Shown: one piece after another, positions 39,201-43,991 of the stretch | How the letters are laid out: every line of letters begins with the position of its first letter | Position numbering within the stretch: position 1 is the first letter of the stretch | DNA from: Polynucleobacter sp. | GTDB taxonomy: Bacteria; Pseudomonadota; Gammaproteobacteria; Burkholderiales; Burkholderiaceae | DNA: 43,991 nt | Reading direction: 5' to 3' | Assembly: GCA_044338365.1 (NCBI GenBank) | Contig: JBIILR010000001.1 | Coordinates: forward strand, 1 to 43,991 | The notes under the pieces: model-generated | The model's input: the letters and a program-made list of their open reading frames with translations, nothing else | Database searches by the model: none | Told to the model about the DNA's origin: nothing | Position numbers and translations under genes: made by a program

Positions 39201-39352
39201 GTTGAGTAGTTTTGTTCGCTAGCCTTTTGGGATTGGCGGTCCTTGAGCATCCATTGGCTGAGGCGCTCGCCACTAATAACCTCAGTCTGGCCATGCGCAT
39301 GACCCATTACTAGAACTGCACTCATCGAAGCGCCAACCCAGCGCAGCATCAT
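36206..39352 (-). CDS. GfcC(YjbG)-GfcD(YjbH) fusion, group-4-capsule outer-membrane beta-barrel protein
   Basis: Start ATG 39352 (GGAGG SD, ATGA overlap with the upstream gene), 1048 aa. N-part ATGRV, ADWAWIIEPDG..ASWN..PAPGSWIW is GfcC-like. Then GETGLLQTPSAR, GTGLFSGEYVVANKR, AGYLEMMFAGVGGEYL, YLAGDVGGTLD, FGEGSFDKGVYLTIPFD are YjbH-like. Confidence 0.85.
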   Translation of the reverse strand: MMLRWVGASMSAVLVMGHAHGQTEVISGERLSQWMLKDRQSQKASEQNYSTVTPYYLGSSWLSSTERASQEAQKQSLIAALQKINFPNTPAAQKQKAAMLELIQRMQATGRVPLPSSNPRFLEVSPKLDPILEQGDQVIVPPTPSSISIIRSNGSICSVRYRPNVEARFYIEGCKLRGKSAESVPSGADWAWIIEPDGMIKKVSIASWNSTAQNLPAPGSWIWAPPRWSQWTNANGDAFTDALTQMLAVQGPSGLASSLDAQASVRGSLPSIAPSTLYSVARDLPLSANVWGETGLLQTPSARTMPAGTGAITVGWFNPYTNVNLFFSPLDELEFIIRYTNMNNVVYTASGGTQTNKDKSVGLKLQVIKENYYLPSVAVGVRDALGTGLFSGEYVVANKRHQNFDFSVGMGWGQLGTRNNITNPFVTAFGQNFATRNAGTSNEGGTSTGGFFHGTAALFGGVQYHTPWKNLVLKLEADGNNYQQLPYGETLPNKSVFNYGATYQAKNADFTVGVIGNSQVMFTISLRERLDLLNTPKLAQAKPVAVDLKAVGNYQPTNPALWIPTAASPISPPVAESAPVAVAAVAMPTTAINTSNTKTSALATESNATEVPAANRLSAAPSSAALGKQNITTAYNPTLLEFETQTEWQVKGLQGNHAQWTVHLLDASGVFIRSRLNRGIAVLHRDAPAHIESFTIQFYNWGMLVSEFKVNRKQWMLENTQLLPPTQRVPSIVPESTASLPADGGNPFFRAANSLGTARAEPMMVDELKRKPLQTNIGISYAQVVGSPDDPLLFSLGIRGDAIYKFRENTWLTGTVNTRLIDNFGKYNYDPPPTGLQPVRTDIRQYMTQSIATMPNLQLTNTGKLANNHFVSAYAGYLEMMFAGVGGEYLWRPANSKIAVGADINRVRQRQFNVWTSLQNYAVTTGHLTTYWDTGVQDILVKLSYGKYLAGDVGGTLDLSRVFQNGVKIGAYATRTNVDYAQFGEGSFDKGVYLTIPFDAFFAKHSDSSANLLFTPLIRDGGAMLFRKYQLYDMTRTRDSRALSAGPD

Positions 39353-40179
39353 TTTGCGCCTCCCCCAAGGGCAGTAGCAGAGGCGGGTGGTGAGGTAACA
39401 GGATAGGGCCAGCTGAGCCAAGACAGGGTGTAATCGGGCGTTAAATACTGTTTACCAAATACCACCGCATTGCTTTTACGATCGATTGCATAAATTGCGC
39501 GCAGGGGCTTGATGCTGGGATTTTTGTTATTTGTAGAAACTAAAACGGTTTCTTGAACCCAGCGCAGATCCGCATTGTTTTTTAGCGTGGTGTCTTTTAA
39601 TTGCCGCGGAATATCGCTGGGTGCCTGTGCTAATGGCTCCATCACCACCGTTTCACGAATGTTCACCTGGTAACCGGGCATCACCGTGCGTTCGCGCGTG
39701 TAGCGCAATTTGCGCGGCGGCGTTTTGCTACTGATGTTATTTTCAGTAAGGGCCGCTTGCAAGGGCGGGGCATCGCTCCAGGTAACTTGTGTCCAATTGA
39801 TATCTAAGCCGGCTGTACTAGCGAGGCGACCGTCTTTAATCTCAATGACTTCTTTAAATGCCGAATACCATACTGCGCGCTGCGCATCCTGATGCTGATC
39901 AACGTAGCCCAATACCAAGAGAGCAGGCTGCCCATTGGCCTCGACTTTGAGGTAACGTAAATTGGGATTGAGCGGCGTTCGATCGATCACCGTTTGGGGG
40001 TTGGAGATCCCCAGCATGAAAGTTTCATAAATGGGGTCTTGCGTCTTGCCAGCGCAGGCGCTTAACAATACAACTGATGCCAATAAAGCCAAACCCAAGG
40101 CTAAGCGAGCAATCCGACTACTAGCCTCATGAAAGCGCCATTGCAGCAGAAGGCTTGGGAAAAATTCTGGCGTGTTCAC
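39349..40179 (-). CDS. YjbF/GfcB-family lipoprotein
   Basis: Lipobox LLSAC. YLKV..NGQPALLVLGYVD, WYS..E.I...DGRL..TAGL. Position between gfcA-like and gfcCD. Start uncertain. Confidence 0.78.
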   Translation of the reverse strand: MNTPEFFPSLLLQWRFHEASSRIARLALGLALLASVVLLSACAGKTQDPIYETFMLGISNPQTVIDRTPLNPNLRYLKVEANGQPALLVLGYVDQHQDAQRAVWYSAFKEVIEIKDGRLASTAGLDINWTQVTWSDAPPLQAALTENNISSKTPPRKLRYTRERTVMPGYQVNIRETVVMEPLAQAPSDIPRQLKDTTLKNNADLRWVQETVLVSTNNKNPSIKPLRAIYAIDRKSNAVVFGKQYLTPDYTLSWLSWPYPVTSPPASATALGGGAK

Positions 40180-40289
40180 GGCGTTGAAATCATGGGAAGA
40201 AAGGGCAAAGGCAAAAACAAGGAACTAAGGCAGGGATGTAATCTAGTTTGATCGATGTCCAGATGAATTCTGTGCGTAAGTCTAAAAGC

Positions 40290-40319
40290 AAAACCCCCAC
40301 TCGGTGAGCGGGGGTTTTT
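40290..40319 (-). terminator. Rho-independent terminator after the gfcA-like gene
   Basis: Minus strand AAAACCCCCGCTC-ACC-GAGTGGGGGTTTT followed by GCTTTT, about 16 nt after the stop. Confidence 0.8.
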
Positions 40320-40335
40320 AGAAAATCAAACTGAA

Positions 40336-40623
40336 TTAACGGGGGGTAGTTGTACCGGTAGTTCCGGTAGCGCCAGAACTACCGCCACCACTCGAAGCCG
40401 CTACAGCAATACCGGCGCCAACGACAACAACAATGCCAACGATCGCTTCATCAGAAAGTCCACCTTTAGCAGCGTCTTTTGCAGCCTGACCTCCAGCAGC
40501 ACCTGTTGTGCTTCCAGTTGTAGGAGCAGGTGCAGTCTGAGCAAACGCCGATTGGGCCATCAAAGGAGAAAGCGCGAGGGAAGTGCTCAGCACTGCAGCT
40601 TGAAGTAATTTAGAAACGGCCAT
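40336..40623 (-). CDS. small Ala/Gly/Thr-rich protein, GfcA/YjbE-like
   Basis: ATG 40623 with GGAG SD, 95 aa. Signal peptide ending AFA, low-complexity T/G/A linker, hydrophobic segment, C-terminal GGGSSGATGTTGTTT tail. First gene of the gfc-like operon. Confidence 0.72.
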   Translation of the reverse strand: MAVSKLLQAAVLSTSLALSPLMAQSAFAQTAPAPTTGSTTGAAGGQAAKDAAKGGLSDEAIVGIVVVVGAGIAVAASSGGGSSGATGTTGTTTPR

Positions 40624-40742
40624 GGTTTTCTCCAAAAAAGGATGGTCAAATAAATAAACCCTATCCTACCAAAAAAAGCGCTTTTTGTACGCAATTATTC
40701 TAAAAAGTGGGTGTATTAAGTGGGTCGGAGTCAAAATCCAGC

Positions 40743-40776
40743 AAAAAAGCCAATCTCAGTGATGAAATCGGCTTTT
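40743..40776 (-). terminator. Rho-independent terminator of acnB
   Basis: Minus strand AAAAGCCGATTTCA-TCAC-TGAGATTGGCTTTTTT with two G-U pairs, about 22 nt after the acnB stop. Confidence 0.78.
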
Positions 40777-40798
40777 GGCTTCGAATCAAAGACTGCCT

Positions 40799-43384
40799 TT
40801 ACACCGTCACCGTATCCGCAATATCACTAAAGGACTTGATCTTGTCAAAGTTCATATACCGGTATACCTCACTGGCTTTCGCATTGAGCGAACCCAATTG
40901 ATCGAGGTACTCTTGCATGGTCGGAATACGTCCCAGTAGCGCTGCCACTGCAGAGAGTTCGGCAGAAGCCAAGAAGACGTTGGTATCAATGCCGAGGCGA
41001 TTGGGGAAGTTACGAGTCGAGGTTGATACCGCAGTGGCACCCTTGCGCATCGATGCTTGATTACCCATGCAGAGCGAGCAGCCTGGCGCTTCCATGCGGG
41101 CCCCGGTACGCCCGAGAATGCCGTAATAGCCTTCCTCGGTGAGCACCATCGCATCCATTTTGGTTGGCGGCGCAATCCACAAGCGGGTTGGGATGTCGGT
41201 TTTGCCTTCCAGTACTTTTCCAGCAGCACGGAAGTGGCCAATATTGGTCATGCAAGAGCCAATAAAGACTTCATCGATTTTGGTTCCCGCTACTTCAGAG
41301 AGAAACTTCACATCGTCTGGATCGTTGGGGCAGGCGAGGATAGGTTCTTTGATTTCATTAATGTCGATTTCAATAATCTCAGCATAGTCTGCATTGGCAT
41401 CCGCTTTGAGTAACTGTGGATTAGCGATCCAGGCTTCCATGGCTTTAATGCGGCGACCTAAAGTACGCGCATCTTCATAGCCATTGGCAATCATCCACTT
41501 CATCAATGTGATGTTGGAGCGCATGTACTCGATGATGGGTTCTTTATTGAGATGCACAGTGCACCCGCCAGCAGAACGCTCGGCAGAAGCGTCTGACAAT
41601 TCAAATGCTTGTTCTACTTTAAGGTCGGGCAAGCCTTCGATCTCTAATATGCGGCCAGAAAAAATATTCTTCTTGCCTTGTTTTGCAACCGTGAGCAAAC
41701 CGCGCTTGATGGCATACAAAGGGATGGCGTTGACTAAATCACGCAGGGTGATACCAGGCTGCATGTTTCCTTTGAAACGAATCAATACCGACTCCGGCAT
41801 GTCCAGTGGCATCACGCCGGTAGCGGCAGCAAACGCAACTAAGCCTGAGCCCGCTGGAAATGAAATGCCAATCGGGAAACGGGTATGGCTATCACCACCG
41901 GTGCCGCAGGTATCGGGCAAGAGCAGGCGATTAAGCCAGCTATGAATCACGCCATCACCGGGACGCAAAGAAACGCCGCCGCGATTGGTCATGAAGGATG
42001 GCAATTCATGGTGAGTGCGAATATCCACTGGCTTGGGGTAGGCCGAGGTATGGCAGAAAGACTGCATCATCAGATCGGTTGAAAAGCCCAGGCAAGCCAA
42101 ATCCTTAAGTTCATCGCGGGTCATTGGACCGGTGGTATCTTGCGAGCCAACGGTAGTCATATGCGGTTCGCAGTAGGTGCCAGGGCGCACGCCTTGACCT
42201 TCGGGCAAGCCACAGGCGCGACCCACCATTTTTTGGGCAAGGCTAAAGCCTTTGGTGTTCTCAAGCGGGCTAATCGGTAAGCGAAATGCGGTCGATGCCG
42301 GTAAGCCGAGCGCAGCACGGGCTTTGGCAGTGAGGCCGCGACCAATGATGAGGGGAATGCGACCGCCAGCACGCACTTCATCCAAAATCACGGGTGACTT
42401 GAGTGAAAATGCAGCAATCTCGCTACCGTTTTTAAACGCCTTGCCTTCGTACGGGCGCAGTTCAATGACATCGCCCATATTCATTTGATCGACCTCAAGC
42501 TCAATTGGCAATGCGCCAGCATCTTCCATGGTGTTAAAGAAGATCGGGGCAATCTTGGTGCCAAGGCACACGCCGCCAAAACGCTTATTGGGTACAAAAG
42601 GAATATCTTGACCGGTCCACCAGAGCACCGAGTTGGTTGCAGACTTGCGTGAGGATCCCGTGCCAACGACATCGCCCACGTAGGCAATCTGATGGCCTTT
42701 TTTCTGCAGCAGCTCGATTTGCTTCATCGGGCCACGCACGCCCGTTTCATCGGGCTCAATACCGGTGCGGGGATTTTTCAGCATGACGGTGGCATGCAGC
42801 GGAATATCAGGACGGCTCCACGCATCGGGCGCAGGCGAAAGGTCATCGGTATTGGTCTCGCCAGTGACTTTAAACACAGTTAAGGTCATGCTCTCTGGAA
42901 CAGCGGGGCGGCTTGTAAACCATTCCGCATTGGCCCAGCTTTGCATGACCGACTTGGCATGGGTATTGCCTTTCTCGGCCATCTCTTGAACGTCATTAAA
43001 GTAATCAAACATCAAGAGGGTTTTCTTGAGCGCCTGGGCAGCAGCGGCGGCGCACTCGGCATCAGCCAGTAACTCAACCAGGGGGGCAATGTTATAGCCG
43101 CCCAGCATGGTGCCGAGTAACTCGGTTGCTTTAATGCGGGAAATTAAAGGGGATTTATCAGTCCCTTTGGCAACCGCGGCTAAAAACTCGGCTTTTACTT
43201 TGGCAGCCTCATCAACGCCAGCAGGAACACGGTAGGTAATTAAGTCAACCAGCTCAGCCTCTTTGCCCTTAGGTGGGTTTTTCAGCAAACCAACCAGGAC
43301 AGCAGTTTGATCTTTGCTTAAGGGGAGGGCGGGAATGCCAAGCGCCGCGCGTTCTGCGGCATGGGCGTTGTAAGCTTCTAACAT
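40799..43384 (-). CDS. acnB: aconitate hydratase B / 2-methylisocitrate dehydratase
   Basis: Start ATG 43384 (AGGA SD). [74 protein letters not shown]. Confidence 0.97.
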   Translation of the reverse strand: MLEAYNAHAAERAALGIPALPLSKDQTAVLVGLLKNPPKGKEAELVDLITYRVPAGVDEAAKVKAEFLAAVAKGTDKSPLISRIKATELLGTMLGGYNIAPLVELLADAECAAAAAQALKKTLLMFDYFNDVQEMAEKGNTHAKSVMQSWANAEWFTSRPAVPESMTLTVFKVTGETNTDDLSPAPDAWSRPDIPLHATVMLKNPRTGIEPDETGVRGPMKQIELLQKKGHQIAYVGDVVGTGSSRKSATNSVLWWTGQDIPFVPNKRFGGVCLGTKIAPIFFNTMEDAGALPIELEVDQMNMGDVIELRPYEGKAFKNGSEIAAFSLKSPVILDEVRAGGRIPLIIGRGLTAKARAALGLPASTAFRLPISPLENTKGFSLAQKMVGRACGLPEGQGVRPGTYCEPHMTTVGSQDTTGPMTRDELKDLACLGFSTDLMMQSFCHTSAYPKPVDIRTHHELPSFMTNRGGVSLRPGDGVIHSWLNRLLLPDTCGTGGDSHTRFPIGISFPAGSGLVAFAAATGVMPLDMPESVLIRFKGNMQPGITLRDLVNAIPLYAIKRGLLTVAKQGKKNIFSGRILEIEGLPDLKVEQAFELSDASAERSAGGCTVHLNKEPIIEYMRSNITLMKWMIANGYEDARTLGRRIKAMEAWIANPQLLKADANADYAEIIEIDINEIKEPILACPNDPDDVKFLSEVAGTKIDEVFIGSCMTNIGHFRAAGKVLEGKTDIPTRLWIAPPTKMDAMVLTEEGYYGILGRTGARMEAPGCSLCMGNQASMRKGATAVSTSTRNFPNRLGIDTNVFLASAELSAVAALLGRIPTMQEYLDQLGSLNAKASEVYRYMNFDKIKSFSDIADTVTV

Positions 43385-43553
43385 CGCGTTTCCTATGAAT
43401 AAGGGGTTGTCAATCGAATGGCAATGCGAGATCTGCAATAGTCTTGACCTCGATCAAGCCTATTGTAATGTTTCGATCGGATGCTGGGCATCAAAATTTG
43501 TAAAAAATGCTATGAAAAGGGTCAAAAAAGAGCCTATTCATGGCTGAATCTAG

Positions 43554-43742
43554 CTAAATGGTGTGTTCATCCTTCAGGGCCCAAACCAAGGAAATCACCC
43601 ATCCGATCAATGTCCAGCCTAAAAATAGGTTGAGGGCAAAAATAGCCCCCGTATTGACCCGCTTCTTGTAAAAGGCGATAGCAAAGGGCAAAAAATAAAG
43701 TAAGGAGAGGATGGTGATTAAAGCAGCATATAAAAAGCGCAT
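43554..43742 (-). CDS. superinfection immunity protein (T4 Imm-like family)
   Basis: ATG 43742 with GAGGA SD, 62 aa. LYFLP.AIA..R....IF.LNLFLGWT.IGWVI.LVWA is the hallmark pattern of this family. Confidence 0.85.
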   Translation of the reverse strand: MRFLYAALITILSLLYFLPFAIAFYKKRVNTGAIFALNLFLGWTLIGWVISLVWALKDEHTI

Positions 43743-43870
43743 TTCGGCTTCCTCTCGGTCCCATTGGGGCAAATGGGGGTTTATGAATAAAAGCTGATTT
43801 TACTGCCTGCGTAATTTGGAATTCTTGTAAAGGTATCGTTATAATTAGAATTTCCAACAGAGCCAGCGCG

Positions 43871-43991
43871 ATGACCAAATACGTTTTTGTCACTGGTGGC
43901 GTAGTTTCTTCCCTAGGGAAAGGAATTGCAGCTGCCTCGCTTGCCGCGATTCTCGAATCCCGCGGCCTGAAAGTCACCCTCCTAAAACTCG
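43871..43991 (+). CDS. pyrG: CTP synthase (5' partial)
   Basis: [40 protein letters not shown] runs off the window end. Confidence 0.95.

Noticed and set aside
43567-43977. 136-aa minus-strand ORF
   Set aside because: Antisense shadow of pyrG that also overlaps the Imm-like gene in another frame.

Overview
Chromosomal segment of a Burkholderiales betaproteobacterium. Gene content and compact layout suggest Polynucleobacter, but this is an inference. The left flank is housekeeping: 3' end of a probable lon, tRNA-Val(TAC), a shortened ppiD/SurA-like chaperone, divergent tesA and ybbA-like ABC ATPase, purL and a spermidine-synthase-like methyltransferase. From ~8.3 to ~40.6 kb lies a ~32 kb cell-surface polysaccharide island. 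Its plus-strand arm is a Wzx/Wzy-type cluster: WbpM/CapD dehydratase, large SLBB/OPX export protein, Wzz, a Pseudomonas O5/Bordetella-like wbpA-B-D-E-I set for 2,3-diacetamido-mannuronic acid, hisH-hisF-wbpG, three glycosyltransferases, an initiating phosphoglycosyl transferase, a tailoring block (two ATP-grasp enzymes, HAD, two methyltransferases, a DegT aminotransferase with a Cys-rich insert) and VanZ. Its convergent minus-strand arm is a group-4-capsule-type operon: gfcA-like, gfcB/yjbF, a GfcC-GfcD(YjbH) fusion and an M23 peptidase. The right flank holds acnB, a lone T4-Imm-like superinfection-immunity gene and the start of pyrG. The most interesting features are the kinase-less capsule export set with a co-transcribed M23 peptidase, the acetyltransferase-free ATP-grasp tailoring block, and faint IS3-family scars around the wzy-to-GT segment. 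All product calls come from recognising motifs by eye; no database searches were run.
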